Positions 1-10,238 are shown, counted from the stretch's first letter. The stretch: DNA of 64,000 bases from Longimicrobiales bacterium (GCA_965202805.1 OZ241869.1:1664001-1728000); one strand, 5' to 3'. The notes: generated by a model from the letters alone, not told the origin. A program made the numbers and translations.

Positions 1-1102
1 CCAGAGCCGATCCGGGCCCGCCGATCGCGGCCTGGCTGGCGATCGAAACGGTGGCCAGATCGATGCGGAAGAGCCACCCGATCCCGTACGCGACGACGAC
101 GTGGATGCCGATGATCGCGATCATGAAAGTGAAGATGGGCACGCCCGCGTCGACGATGGTCGCCAGGTCGGATGCCGCGCCCAGCGCTATGAAGAAGATG
201 TGAAGGGCGAAATAGGAGAGGACTTCCGCCCCGCGCAGTTTTCTCACCCACGGCAGCTGCGCCACGATGAGCGCGATGGTCGTGAGCCAAAGGACGTCCG
301 GCACCTCGCTCAGGAACCGGACCAGCTCGTACCAAAGTGACCCATCCGCCATGGAGGGGAGTACCTCGGCCAGCGCCTCGCTGATGAGCCGGGCCACCCA
401 CAGTGCGGCGAGAGGCAAGCCTCCCAGGATAGCAAAGTCCGTTATGCTGATGTCTGTGTCGGTCCAGCGACGGCGCATCGCCTCTTCCTGCGCCTCCTGT
501 TCCTCCTTTTCCTCGGGGTCCGTGGCCGGTAACTCCGCCAGCCCGGGCCCGCTGCGGCGAAGGAACATCGCCGCCAGGATTCCTGCCAGCCACACCTGAA
601 ACAGCAGGTACGGGACCGTCGACATGTTGTCGGCCAGCGCCGCGGCGGCGAAGGTGCTCGGTTCGACTTCGAGCCCCTGCCCGACGGCGGCGAAGTTCAT
701 CCCACCGCCCGCGAAGGCGGCGGAGAACGCTCCCGAGAGCTTCCACGTCTCCGGTCCGACCCATCCGGCCATGGTAGCGCCCGCGACCGCGCCGCCGACG
801 AAGCTGCCCCCGCACGCCGCGAGGTACGCGATCAGGAGCGGTCTCCCCGCGTTGGCCAATTCCTTCATCTGCGTGCCCATGATGACGAGCACGATCGCGT
901 AGGGTATGGCGAAGGTGAACACACCCTCGTGCGCCGGGCCGGTGTGCTCGATCACACCGACGTTGGCCAGCGTGATGCCGAGCAGGGTGCACACGACGGC
1001 GGAGCTGATCTTCTTGATGATGTCGTAGCGCTCTTCCAGCCAGCGTGCGAAGGCCACCACGGCCAGCATGAAGGCGACAACCAGAAGCGGATCTCGTAGC
1101 AT
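1..1102 (-). CDS. DUF819-family membrane protein (runs off the window start)
   Basis: Own translation from ATG at 1102: MLRDPLLVVAFMLAVVAFARWLEERYDIIKKISSAVVCTLLGITLANVGVI..., multi-TM; not in the ORF track because the stop is outside the window. Confidence 0.75.
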   Translation of the reverse strand, partial: MLRDPLLVVAFMLAVVAFARWLEERYDIIKKISSAVVCTLLGITLANVGVIEHTGPAHEGVFTFAIPYAIVLVIMGTQMKELANAGRPLLIAYLAACGGSFVGGAVAGATMAGWVGPETWKLSGAFSAAFAGGGMNFAAVGQGLEVEPSTFAAAALADNMSTVPYLLFQVWLAGILAAMFLRRSGPGLAELPATDPEEKEEQEAQEEAMRRRWTDTDISITDFAILGGLPLAALWVARLISEALAEVLPSMADGSLWYELVRFLSEVPDVLWLTTIALIVAQLPWVRKLRGAEVLSYFALHIFFIALGAASDLATIVDAGVPIFTFMIAIIGIHVVVAYGIGWLFRIDLATVSIASQAAIGGPGSAL

Positions 1103-1223
1103 GGCGCTCAGGGCTCAGGACACGGGGGCAGGAAACTGCGAAAGTGGCGCGGGTGGTCCCGGAAGACCATGGGTGCGCCCATCGGCGAACGCGATCCGGA
1201 CGGGCGGCTCCGGACGCCCGGCT

Positions 1224-2234
1224 TCATCCGGGCCGGACAAGGCCCTTCACCTCACCACCCTGCCGCGCCGCGACCAGGTTCCCGACCACGTCGTCGATCA
1301 TGCCGCGCTGCCCGCCACCGGTCCCGCCGCCCACATGGGGGGACAGGAGGACGTTGGGCGCATCGGCCAGCGGGCTGCCTTCGGGCAGCGGTTCGTGGAG
1401 GAAGGCGTCCAGCCCCGCCCCGGCGATGCGGCCGTCCCGGAGGGCGTCGACGAGCGCATCTTCATCGACCAGCCCGCCGCGCGCGGTGTTCACCAGGATG
1501 GCCGTGGACTTCATGAGCGCGAGAGCCTCGGCGTCGATCATGCGCTCGGTCTGGTCGGTATGGGGCGCGTGCAGGCTGACCACATCGCTCGCGGCGAGGA
1601 GTTCCCGGAGCGGCACGGAGCGCGCCCCGACCATCGCCTCGTGCTCGCGCGGCAGGGGCGTGCGCTTGTGGTAGACGATCTCCATATCGAATGCGCGCGC
1701 GCGGCGCGCGACCTCGAGCGCGATGTCGCCCAGCCCGACCAGTCCCAGCGTCTTGCCGTGGAGCTGCCAGACATCGGGGTAGCGCAGCCAGTTGAAGGCG
1801 ATCCTGCGCTCGGTGGTGCGCACGGGCTCGACACCGAGATCCGTGTACTCCGCGTCCCGGGTGCCCACGTGTCCCGGCACCAGCTTGCGGTAGAGGCCAA
1901 GCATCAGCGCGACGGTTTGCTCCGCGACGGCGATCGCGCCCCGGTGTGGTAGCACCGACACCGGTACTCCGGCCTCAGCCGCTGCGTCCCGATCCACCGC
2001 CCACGGCGCCCGCCCCTGCACCTGGATCAGACGCCGTCCGGCGGCCGCGCCGATCAGAGCCCCGCCGATCGGCCGCTTGGCGGTTACCAGCGCGTCAACG
2101 TCGATGGCGGCAGAGCAGAGTGCCGATTCATCCATCCGACCGCCCCAGACCATCTCGACTCCGGCTGCATCCGCAGTCTGCTGGAAGAGGCCCTGGATCC
2201 AGTCGGGGAGGGGTTCGATGTGGAGCGCTCGCAC
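1224..2234 (-). CDS. D-isomer-specific 2-hydroxyacid dehydrogenase
   Basis: GKTLGLVGLGDIA Rossmann motif, NTARGGLVDE, LDAFLHEP, LSPHVGG. Confidence 0.92.
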   Translation of the reverse strand: MRALHIEPLPDWIQGLFQQTADAAGVEMVWGGRMDESALCSAAIDVDALVTAKRPIGGALIGAAAGRRLIQVQGRAPWAVDRDAAAEAGVPVSVLPHRGAIAVAEQTVALMLGLYRKLVPGHVGTRDAEYTDLGVEPVRTTERRIAFNWLRYPDVWQLHGKTLGLVGLGDIALEVARRARAFDMEIVYHKRTPLPREHEAMVGARSVPLRELLAASDVVSLHAPHTDQTERMIDAEALALMKSTAILVNTARGGLVDEDALVDALRDGRIAGAGLDAFLHEPLPEGSPLADAPNVLLSPHVGGGTGGGQRGMIDDVVGNLVAARQGGEVKGLVRPG

Positions 2235-2477
2235 GGTGTTGGGATTCCGGTTGAGGTTTGAGTCGAGAATGCGGATCGGAGGCCCGCCGGAGATGCCGCG
2301 GCCGGAGCGCGAGCAACATAGAGAGCGGGGGCACTACACGCGAGTATCGCGGGCGACCTCCCGGGGAGACACGCCGGTGCTTCTCCCGCGTCCGGGATAC
2401 CGGCTAACGCATCGGCGTCGCGCGGAGCAGCCTCCCGCTGGGCACGAAGACTGGCGCCCTTCCGCGTCGCCGCGGAA

Positions 2478-2888
2478 TCAGGGGCAGCGGGCCTCCGGGA
2501 CGACGAGTTCCAGTTCCGTGTGGCGGGCGATCATCTCGAAGTCGCGATTGCGGGCGAGAAGGGGGCGGCCTTCGTCGATGGCGGCTGCGGCCACCATGCA
2601 GTCCACGATCGAGCGGATCGTGCAGCCGGCGCGGCGGCAGGTACGCTGGATGAGCGCCGCATGCTGGAACTCTCCCAGCGAATCAGGGACGAGGATCTCG
2701 AAACGCGAGAGCAACCGGTGCAGTTTCCGAGCGTCGGATTCCGTACGTGAGCCCGCCAGCAACTCCATCACCACGGGGGCTGGTGCGGCGATGGGTCTGC
2801 CCGACCTCACCGCGTCATCCAGGAACAGGTCGAACGGGCTCTCCGTTCTGCGCAGGTATTCGACCCAGGCCGAGGTATCGACGATCAC
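2478..2888 (-). CDS. vapC: PIN-domain toxin (VapC)
   Basis: MIVDTSAW...ELL...DCMVAA...RNRDF acidic PIN motif; overlaps the upstream antitoxin. Confidence 0.9.
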   Translation of the reverse strand: MIVDTSAWVEYLRRTESPFDLFLDDAVRSGRPIAAPAPVVMELLAGSRTESDARKLHRLLSRFEILVPDSLGEFQHAALIQRTCRRAGCTIRSIVDCMVAAAAIDEGRPLLARNRDFEMIARHTELELVVPEARCP

Positions 2889-3298
2889 CAGACGTCACCG
2901 GGACTCCCGTCCCGCATCTCGTCCAGATCCCCATCCCAGCCGACTCCTCGCATCGCGAGCGCCTCCTCCTTCGTCATGGGCACGATCGCCTGGCGCCAGA
3001 CGGCTTCCTTGACAGCCCTCGGCCAGTTGCGGAGCCCGTAGCGCTCTCGAATGGCTTCCAGATCGGCTTCCGGAAGCCTGACTTCGAGGGTGACGAAGGG
3101 GTAGTGGGCAGATTCGGAGGCCCGGTACTCCGGCCTGGCCACGCGCACCGAGGCGGCTCCTCCGCGCAGCTCCCGCTCACGCGCAGCGCGCAGCGTCCTT
3201 CGGACCCACGCCGACACCGTGACGCGATTGCGCCTCGCCGCGTCCCGGATCTCCTCGAGCTCCGCCTCCGACAGCACTACCTGAAGTCGCTTACTCAT
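2885..3298 (-). CDS. vapB: VapB-type antitoxin with two ribbon-helix-helix-like modules
   Basis: N-terminal MSKRLQVVLSEAELEEIRDAAR..TVSAWVRR; C-terminal YGLRN..AVKEA..MTKEEALAMRGVGWDGDLDEMR. Confidence 0.8.
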   Translation of the reverse strand: MSKRLQVVLSEAELEEIRDAARRNRVTVSAWVRRTLRAARERELRGGAASVRVARPEYRASESAHYPFVTLEVRLPEADLEAIRERYGLRNWPRAVKEAVWRQAIVPMTKEEALAMRGVGWDGDLDEMRDGSPGDVW

Positions 3299-3326
3299 AT
3301 CATGAGTATGATATACTTATCATGAG
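3299..3326 (-). promoter_or_regulatory. Putative vapBC promoter/operator
   Basis: AT-rich patch with two TCATGA palindromes; a -10-like CATACT lies 6 nt before the ATG. Confidence 0.5.
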
Positions 3327-3585
3327 CGGGATTCAAGCCGCGGATCCGGGCATCGTCCAGACCAGTTCCGGGCCGACTCAGCTCGAGGCAACGGGATGGC
3401 GGGCTGATCCGCCGCTCCGGTGGTGCTGGCAAGGTCGCGCCGGCCTCAGTAAGCTTGCCACGAGTCCCGGTCGGCCGGGATCCACCGGCAGAAGTTCGCA
3501 TCGTCGCGCCCGGCTGCGTCGAGGACCGCAAGCCAGGCTCGCGGGCTCCGAAACCACCCTCCTCCATCAAGCGGACGACGCCTGA

Positions 3586-5346
3586 ATGAGACCAGACGAA
3601 GGTCTCCGCTGCGAAGCCACCGACCCGGTGGAGCGGCCTCTCGCCGTCGGTCTCGGCCTGCAACTCGCCGTTCTGAGCCTCAATTCGGCGGTGCTGTTTC
3701 CCACCATCGTCTTCCGGGCTGCAGGCGCGGAGGCGTTCCTGCTGTGGGCGGTCTTCGCCGGCATGATGGCCTGCGGCATCGTCACGGCTGTGCAGGCGAT
3801 CAGGGTGGGGCGGTTCGGCGCCGGGTATCAGAGCCTCCACGGAGTCTCGTCGCCCTTCATCGCGGTCTGCGTCGCGGCGCTCGTGCAGGGGGGACCGCCG
3901 ATGCTCGCGGCCCTGGTCCTGGTGTCGGGGCTGGCGCAGGCGGCGTTTTCCGAGCGGCTGGCCCTGTTGCACCGCATCCTCACCCCCGTGGTCACGGGCA
4001 CGGTAATCATGCTCCTGCCGGTCACCGTCATGCCCATTCTCCTCCGCATGCTGAACGAGTTGCCGGCCGGGGCGCCGGCCGGAGCTGCTCCCCTGTCCGC
4101 GCTGGCGACGCTGGCCACAACCGTGGGGCTCCACCTGAAGGGAACGGGCAGACTTCGGCTCTGGGCGCCCCTGGCCGGGGTCGCGGCCGGATCGCTCGTG
4201 GGCGGGTTCTTCGGGATTTACGAAGTCGGGCTGGTGGCCGATGCGGCCTGGCTCGGGTTGCCCGCGGGTCGTCCCCCGGGGCTGGACCTGGATTTCGGCC
4301 CCGCGTTCTGGGCGCTCCTGCCGGCCTTCCTGTTCATCGCGCTCGTCGGGGCCACCAAGTCGGTCGGCGTGGCCGTGGCCACCCAGCGCGTATCGTGGCG
4401 CCGCCCGCGCGCCGTGGACTTCCGCGCCGTGCAGGGCGCGGTGGCGGCCGAGGGGGTCGGGAACGTTCTGGCCGGCCTGGCGGGCGCGATTCCGAACACC
4501 CTGCATCCCACGCCGGTCGCTGCGATCGAGACGACGGGAGTAGCCACCCGCAGCGTGGGCATCGCGGCCGGGCTCGCACTGATCCTGCTGGCCTGCGTGC
4601 CCAAGCTGGTCGCGGTGATTCTCGCCGTGCCGGATGCGGTGGTCGCCGCCTCGATCGCTGTCGTCATGTCCATCTTCTTCGTGGTAGGCATGCGCGAGGT
4701 GGTATCCGGAACCGGAGCCAATCCGCGAAACGGTCTCATCGCGGGCCTCTCGGTCTGGACGGGCATCGCCGTCGAGTTCGACCTGGTATTCCCGGACTTC
4801 TTCGCGGACTTCGCCGGCGGCCTCCTGGGCAACGGCATGACCGCGGGCGGCCTGACCGTCATCCTGCTGACGGCTCTGACGATGCCGCGTCTTGCACGGT
4901 TCAGCGGGCGCCTGGACGTGACCGAACTGCCCGCGATCAGAGATCTCATTCGCAGGTTCGCGCGCCGCCATGGACTGGAGGCGTCGGTGGAGCGCATGGA
5001 GGCTGCCAGCGAAGAGACCTTGCTGATGTTGCTCGAAGCACGCGGGGGAACGCCGGAAGGGGACGACCGCGAGGATGGAGGGCGCGCCCTCCTGGTCACC
5101 GCGTCCAGGGAAGCCGAGTACGCCGTGCTGCAGTTCAAGGCCGCCGCCCCGGGGCAGGAGGACCTGAACCTGCAGGATCGGCTCGCGCTGCTGGGGGAAG
5201 AGGCCCGGAGCGGACCCGAGGAGCAGGAGATCTCGCTGCGGCTGCTCCGGCACCTGGCATCGTCCGTTCGGCACCAGCAGTTTCGCAATGTGGATATCGT
5301 CACCCTGAAGGTTGCGGCCGGGCGGCGGTCCGGCGGGAAGCGCTGA
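3586..5346 (+). CDS. NCS2 (xanthine/uracil) permease with a C-terminal cytoplasmic HATPase/anti-sigma-like domain
   Basis: LGLQ, PVVTGTVI, AEGVGNVLAG, IETTGVATRSVG, GNGMTAG motifs, then ~150 aa hydrophilic tail. Confidence 0.8.
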   Translation: MRPDEGLRCEATDPVERPLAVGLGLQLAVLSLNSAVLFPTIVFRAAGAEAFLLWAVFAGMMACGIVTAVQAIRVGRFGAGYQSLHGVSSPFIAVCVAALVQGGPPMLAALVLVSGLAQAAFSERLALLHRILTPVVTGTVIMLLPVTVMPILLRMLNELPAGAPAGAAPLSALATLATTVGLHLKGTGRLRLWAPLAGVAAGSLVGGFFGIYEVGLVADAAWLGLPAGRPPGLDLDFGPAFWALLPAFLFIALVGATKSVGVAVATQRVSWRRPRAVDFRAVQGAVAAEGVGNVLAGLAGAIPNTLHPTPVAAIETTGVATRSVGIAAGLALILLACVPKLVAVILAVPDAVVAASIAVVMSIFFVVGMREVVSGTGANPRNGLIAGLSVWTGIAVEFDLVFPDFFADFAGGLLGNGMTAGGLTVILLTALTMPRLARFSGRLDVTELPAIRDLIRRFARRHGLEASVERMEAASEETLLMLLEARGGTPEGDDREDGGRALLVTASREAEYAVLQFKAAAPGQEDLNLQDRLALLGEEARSGPEEQEISLRLLRHLASSVRHQQFRNVDIVTLKVAAGRRSGGKR

Positions 5347-5347
5347 G

Positions 5348-6364
5348 GTGTTGACCTCAAGGCTCGTTCGCAGCGTCGCGCTGACGCCGTTCGCATTGCT
5401 CGCGGTCTCAGCCTGTTCACCTCCCGCGGATCGCGGGCCTGGAGACAGGTCGCTCGTCCTGGCGCACTTCATGTCGCCCCTGAGCAGCGTGCGCACCGAT
5501 GTCGTGGTCCCGTTTGCGGAGCGGCTGGCCGAGGTGTCCGGAGGCAGGCTCACGGTGACCGAATACATGGGGGGAGCTCTCGGCTCCTCGCCCCGCGGCT
5601 ACTACTCCCTGCTGCTCGACGGGGTGGCGGACATCGTCGCCACCCTCCCCGGATATACTTCCTCGGTATTCCCCATGACGACGCTCAGCATCTATCCGGG
5701 CGTCTGCGACAGTGCGATCGACTGCACCGCCGCGCTGCAGCGCGCGCGCCCGGTGCTGGAGGGCGAATACCGGGCCAGGGTGCTGGCGATCTGGTCCGCC
5801 ACACCCCCCGTGCTCATCACCCGCGACAGGCCGGTGCGCACGCTGGAAGACATGCGGGGGCTCAAGCTGCGGGTGTCGTCGCGGCTCGAGATGCCCTTTG
5901 TCGAAGCGCTGGGGGCGAGCCCCGTCATGCAGCCGGTCTCGGAGGTCCAGCAGAATCTGCACACCGGCGTGATCGATGGCGTCGTGATCACCGCGGGTGG
6001 CATTCCCGCGTATCAATTGCAGGAGGCGGCCGCCTACCTCACGACATGGCTGCCGCTGTCCGCCACTCCATTCGTCCTGCTGATGAATCGCGACACCTGG
6101 GAGGCCCTTCCCGCGCGGGAGCGGGGCTGGGTGGACCAGGCCGCGGACGCATCGCTGTCGCTGGCTGGGGCGAGGGGCTACGAGGCCACCAGCGCGCGGG
6201 GACTCCGGATGGCCCGCGAAGCGGGAGTCGAACTCATCGATCTTTCGGACCGGGAGAAGGCGCGATTCGAGGACGCTGTCGACGGCGTGTACCGGGCGCA
6301 ACTCTCCCGGCGGCTGGGCGACATGACCGTGGCCGAGGTCATCGAACTGTTTCGCAGGCAGTGA
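5348..6364 (+). CDS. dctP: TRAP transporter substrate-binding lipoprotein
   Basis: Lipobox VSAC; SGGRLTV..YMGGALG; PVRTLEDMRGLKLR; LHTGVIDG; GTG start inferred. Confidence 0.88.
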   Translation: MLTSRLVRSVALTPFALLAVSACSPPADRGPGDRSLVLAHFMSPLSSVRTDVVVPFAERLAEVSGGRLTVTEYMGGALGSSPRGYYSLLLDGVADIVATLPGYTSSVFPMTTLSIYPGVCDSAIDCTAALQRARPVLEGEYRARVLAIWSATPPVLITRDRPVRTLEDMRGLKLRVSSRLEMPFVEALGASPVMQPVSEVQQNLHTGVIDGVVITAGGIPAYQLQEAAAYLTTWLPLSATPFVLLMNRDTWEALPARERGWVDQAADASLSLAGARGYEATSARGLRMAREAGVELIDLSDREKARFEDAVDGVYRAQLSRRLGDMTVAEVIELFRRQ

Positions 6365-7026
6365 CGGATTACGGCCACAACCCGGACCGGGATCGCAAGG
6401 GGATCCGTGACGCGCACCGGGATCGCTCCGGGGTCCGTGACGGGGCCCGACGGGCGCTGACGGCCGCCTTCGCGATCGCCGGCGGGGCGGCGCTGCTCCT
6501 GCTGCTGGGCGTCACCGTGGCCGAGGTCATCGCGCGCCACCTGTTGGGGTTTTCCCTGCTGGGCGCCGAGGATCTGGCCACGATGTGCCTGACGGTCTTC
6601 GTGGCGGGCGCGGTGGTCTGCGCGGCACGGGAGGGCGGACACGTGTCCGTCGACCTCATCGGACGCTTCGGCGGCGGCGGGCTCAGGCGGACAACCGACG
6701 TGCTCTCGCGGCTACTGGGGACCGGGGCCACGGCGGTTGCGTCGCTGGCACTCTTCGCCAAGGGCGGTTGCGGCGTCGAGTGCGGCGAGGTCACGGGAAG
6801 CCTCGCCATCGTGCACACCCCGTTCTACTACGCGCTGGGGGTGTCCATGGCGACCTTGTCGCTGCTGCTGGCGTCCGGGCTGATCCGGGGGCCTGCCGCG
6901 CGCGGCGAGGGAGGCCTGCGCGCCGAGGGCAACCCGCGCGCCGAGGGTGGCCAGCAGGGCGAGGGCGGCCCGCAGGGCAAGGGCAACCCGCGCGCCGAGG
7001 GCGACCCGCAGGTCGAGGGCACATGA
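6361..7026 (+). CDS. dctQ: TRAP small permease
   Basis: Four TMs, EVIARH..GAEDL..GGHVSVDL; GTGA overlap with dctP stop. Confidence 0.85.
   Translation: MTDYGHNPDRDRKGIRDAHRDRSGVRDGARRALTAAFAIAGGAALLLLLGVTVAEVIARHLLGFSLLGAEDLATMCLTVFVAGAVVCAAREGGHVSVDLIGRFGGGGLRRTTDVLSRLLGTGATAVASLALFAKGGCGVECGEVTGSLAIVHTPFYYALGVSMATLSLLLASGLIRGPAARGEGGLRAEGNPRAEGGQQGEGGPQGKGNPRAEGDPQVEGT
6905..7020 (+). repeat. Imperfect 18-bp tandem repeat (about 6 units) in the dctQ 3' end
   Basis: cgcgccgagggcaacccg-like units encoding RAEGNP/QGEGGP. Confidence 0.8.
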
Positions 7027-8330
7027 TGGACGGACCTACCGCCGCCCTCATCGGGCTCGCCATCCTCTTCGTCCTTCTCCTGATCCGGGTGCCGGTCGGG
7101 CTGTCCATGCTGATCGCTGGCTCGGCCGGCATCGCCCTCATTCGCCCCCAGGCCGTGCTGCCCGTCATCGCGGGAGAGACGTTCGCGGTGTCATCGCGGC
7201 ACGCGCTCATCATCATCCCGCTCTTCATGCTGATGGGGAACCTGGCCGTGGTCTCGGGAATGAGCCGCGAACTGTACCTCGCGGCCAACCTCTGGCTGCA
7301 CCGCTTCAGGGGTGGCCTGGCCGCGGCTTCCATCGTCGCCAGCGCCGGGTTCTCGGCGCTCTCCGGATCGTCGCTGGCCGCCGCGCTGACCATGGGACGC
7401 GTCGCGGTGCCGGAAATGCGCCGGTTCAACTACGACAGGTCGCTCGCGACAGGGGCCGTCGCCGCCGGTGGAACCCTCGGCATCCTGATTCCCCCGTCGG
7501 CGGGGCTGGTGCTGTACGGCATCCTCACGGAGCAGAGCATCAGCCGCCTTTTCATGGCAGGATTGATTCCGGGGATCCTGCTCACGCTCTTCTTCGTCCT
7601 GACCGTCTTCGTGGTGGTGAAGCTGCAACCGCACAAGGTGCCGCGAGACAGGCCGGAGAACCCGCTCGCCGCGCGGGGGCGGGTGCCCGCGGGCGCCTGG
7701 TGGATCCTGGGGCTGGTGGCGGTCACGCTCGGCGGAATCTACGCCGGCATCTTCTCGGCCATGGAGGCGGCGGGCGTCGGCGCGTTCCTGATCCTGCTGG
7801 TGGCGCTGGCGCGTCGCTCTCTCACCCGCGATGCCATCCGCGAGGCCGTCCTTTCCACGCTGAAGGCGTGCGGCACCGTGTTCCTGATCCTGATCGGAGC
7901 CTACGTCTTCAAGGTGTTCCTCGGCTTCACTGAACTGCCGTTCGCCGCCGCCCGCTGGGTGGGTGACCAGGGATGGTCGGGGGGACAGGTGGTCGCACTG
8001 CTGCTGGCGATGTTCATCGTGCTGGGCACCTTCCTGGACGGGTTCGCAATGCTGGTCCTGACCATTCCGCTGGTGCAACCCATCCTGGCTTCACTCGGCG
8101 TCGACATGATCTGGTTCGGCGTCATGATCGTCGTCACCCTCGAGATGGGCCTGATCTCGCCGCCCGTCGGCCTGAACACTTTCGTGGTAAAGAGCGTGGC
8201 CCCGGACGTTTCAATGGGGGATATCTATCGCGGAATCATCCCCTTCTGGCTCGCGATGCTGGCGCTGCTGGCGCTGCTCGGGTTCCTGCCCGGAATCGCC
8301 ACCTTCCTGCCGGGGGCGATGTACGGGTAG
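7023..8330 (+). CDS. dctM: TRAP large permease
   Basis: IPLFMLMG, SGSSLA, GGTLGILIPPS, GLISPPVGLN. Confidence 0.93.
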   Translation: MMDGPTAALIGLAILFVLLLIRVPVGLSMLIAGSAGIALIRPQAVLPVIAGETFAVSSRHALIIIPLFMLMGNLAVVSGMSRELYLAANLWLHRFRGGLAAASIVASAGFSALSGSSLAAALTMGRVAVPEMRRFNYDRSLATGAVAAGGTLGILIPPSAGLVLYGILTEQSISRLFMAGLIPGILLTLFFVLTVFVVVKLQPHKVPRDRPENPLAARGRVPAGAWWILGLVAVTLGGIYAGIFSAMEAAGVGAFLILLVALARRSLTRDAIREAVLSTLKACGTVFLILIGAYVFKVFLGFTELPFAAARWVGDQGWSGGQVVALLLAMFIVLGTFLDGFAMLVLTIPLVQPILASLGVDMIWFGVMIVVTLEMGLISPPVGLNTFVVKSVAPDVSMGDIYRGIIPFWLAMLALLALLGFLPGIATFLPGAMYG

Positions 8331-8479
8331 TTGATGTCGCTGGCTGGCGCCGGGCCCTGGACCGCGAACGGGACGCGCGTCGCGATGCAGGCCGGCATCC
8401 CCGCTCCTTGTCTTGCGCGGTCAGGTAATGGCAAGATGTGGCGGTGCAGCCAATTGCCCCTCAGCGGATTGTCCAGATC

Positions 8480-8761
8480 ATGACCATGGATCGCAGAAAG
8501 TTCACCGCAGTCGCTGGCGCGAGCGCGATGGCGCTGGCGTGGGCGCAGGCATGTACCGAGGTCGCCGAGAGCGGGGAGGTATCGACCGCCACGGCCAACG
8601 CGCTTCTCGACCATCAGGGATCGCGGGGCATCTACGAGGACGCCGCGGAGCTGGAGCGGCTGAAGCGGGCCATCGCGAACACGATCAACGTGCAGCGGAC
8701 ACTGCGCGACTTCCCGCTCGACCCCGACGAGCCCCCCCTTATCGTCTTCTGGAGGGGCTGA
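8480..8761 (+). CDS. Small twin-arginine (lipo)protein, GatC/AtzG-like amidase partner
   Basis: MDRRKF + hydrophobic stretch + AQAC; C-terminal LRDFPLDPDEPPLIVF; 3 nt upstream of the amidase. Confidence 0.65.
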   Translation: MTMDRRKFTAVAGASAMALAWAQACTEVAESGEVSTATANALLDHQGSRGIYEDAAELERLKRAIANTINVQRTLRDFPLDPDEPPLIVFWRG

Positions 8762-8764
8762 GCC

Positions 8765-10234
8765 ATGCAGGAATCGACCTTCTTCCTGACGGTCCGCGAG
8801 CTGGCCGACCTGCTCGCCGACGGCTCCATCACCTCGGTCGAGCTGACCGAAGCCTACCTCGACCGCGCCGAGGAGCTGGACGTTCCTCCCTTCGAGCTGC
8901 CCAGCGAGCCGCGCACCGATCACAACGGCAAGCTGGCCACCATGGTCACGATCGCGCGCGACCACGCCCTCGAGGCCGCAGCGCGCGCGGACCAGGAGCT
9001 GGCGGCCGGCAATCGCCGGAGCATCCTGCACGGGATCCCCTACGGCGTGAAGGACCTGCTCGACACGCGCGGCATCCGCACCACCTGGGGCTCGGGCATC
9101 TTCCGCGACCGGGTTCCGGACCGCAATGCGGCGGTCATCGACATGCTCGAAGGCGCCGGCGCCGTGCTCATGGCGAAGAATTCGCTCGGGGAGTTCGCGG
9201 GCGGAAACACCAGTTCCGCGCTCAACCCGTGGAAGCTCGACCGCACCAGCTTCGGCTCCTCCAGCGGGACGGTCTCGGCCGCGGTGGCCGGCCTCATCGG
9301 CTTCGGCATCGGCACGGAGACGGGCGGTTCCATTGTATTTCCGGCCTCCGCGGTGGGCGCGTCGGGGCTGCGCCCCAGCTTCGGCCGCGTGAGCCGCTTC
9401 GGCTGCATGGCGCTCTCCTGGAGCCTGGACAAGATCGGTCCGGTCGGGCGCTCGGCGGAGGATTGCGGTCACATCCTGCAGTACATCGCCGGGCACGACC
9501 CCCGGGATCCCACCACGGTCGACCGCCCCTTCGTCTTCCGCGCGGATCCGGGCGCGATGCGCGGGCGGCGGCTGGGCGTGCATCGTCCCGAATTCCTGCT
9601 CTCGGGCTCAGAGAACACCCGGCGCGTCTTCCAGGAGGCCCTCGACGTCTTCGAGCAGATGGGCGTGGTGCTCGAGGATGTGGAATTGCCCCTCCGGCCC
9701 ACCGGGGCCCTCTTCACCACCATCGTCACCGTGGAGAGCGGCACCAACTTCCAGGCGCTCTTCGAGGACGGCAGCGCGGCCAACATGTTCTCGTTCAACG
9801 AGGACCGGCGCGCCAACTGGATGGCGGGGCGCATGATGCCCGCCGCCGACTATCTTACGGCCCAGCGCATCCGCAACCAGCTGGTGCGCGAAACCGACGA
9901 GATCCTCTCACGCTACGACGCGGTCATCGCCCCGACCTGGCCCAACGGCGCCGCCATGCGCGAGGTCAGCGAAGGCTGGCCCATCCCGGCGCGCAACGAG
10001 TGGGAGCCGCCCGACGACGTCAGCGTAGCCACCCCGCGCCTCAACTACATCGCCAACCTGGTCGGGCTTCCCGGGCTCGCCATCCCCTGCGGATTCGACG
10101 AGGACGGGCTGCCGCTGTCGCTACAGATCTGCGGCTCGTCGATGGACGACCAGGCCGTGCTGGACCTGGGGATGGGCTATCAGCGGGAGACGGACTGGCA
10201 CCTGCGGCGGCCGGAGTATCCCTGGAGGGAGTAG
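8765..10234 (+). CDS. Amidase-signature family enzyme
   Basis: LHGIPYGVKDL, GSSSG, GTETGGSI (Lys-cisSer-Ser triad). Confidence 0.93.
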   Translation: MQESTFFLTVRELADLLADGSITSVELTEAYLDRAEELDVPPFELPSEPRTDHNGKLATMVTIARDHALEAAARADQELAAGNRRSILHGIPYGVKDLLDTRGIRTTWGSGIFRDRVPDRNAAVIDMLEGAGAVLMAKNSLGEFAGGNTSSALNPWKLDRTSFGSSSGTVSAAVAGLIGFGIGTETGGSIVFPASAVGASGLRPSFGRVSRFGCMALSWSLDKIGPVGRSAEDCGHILQYIAGHDPRDPTTVDRPFVFRADPGAMRGRRLGVHRPEFLLSGSENTRRVFQEALDVFEQMGVVLEDVELPLRPTGALFTTIVTVESGTNFQALFEDGSAANMFSFNEDRRANWMAGRMMPAADYLTAQRIRNQLVRETDEILSRYDAVIAPTWPNGAAMREVSEGWPIPARNEWEPPDDVSVATPRLNYIANLVGLPGLAIPCGFDEDGLPLSLQICGSSMDDQAVLDLGMGYQRETDWHLRRPEYPWRE

Positions 10235-10238
10235 GGCT

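Noticed and set aside
3295..5568. 757-aa - strand ORF
   Set aside because: Antisense shadow of the NCS2 permease
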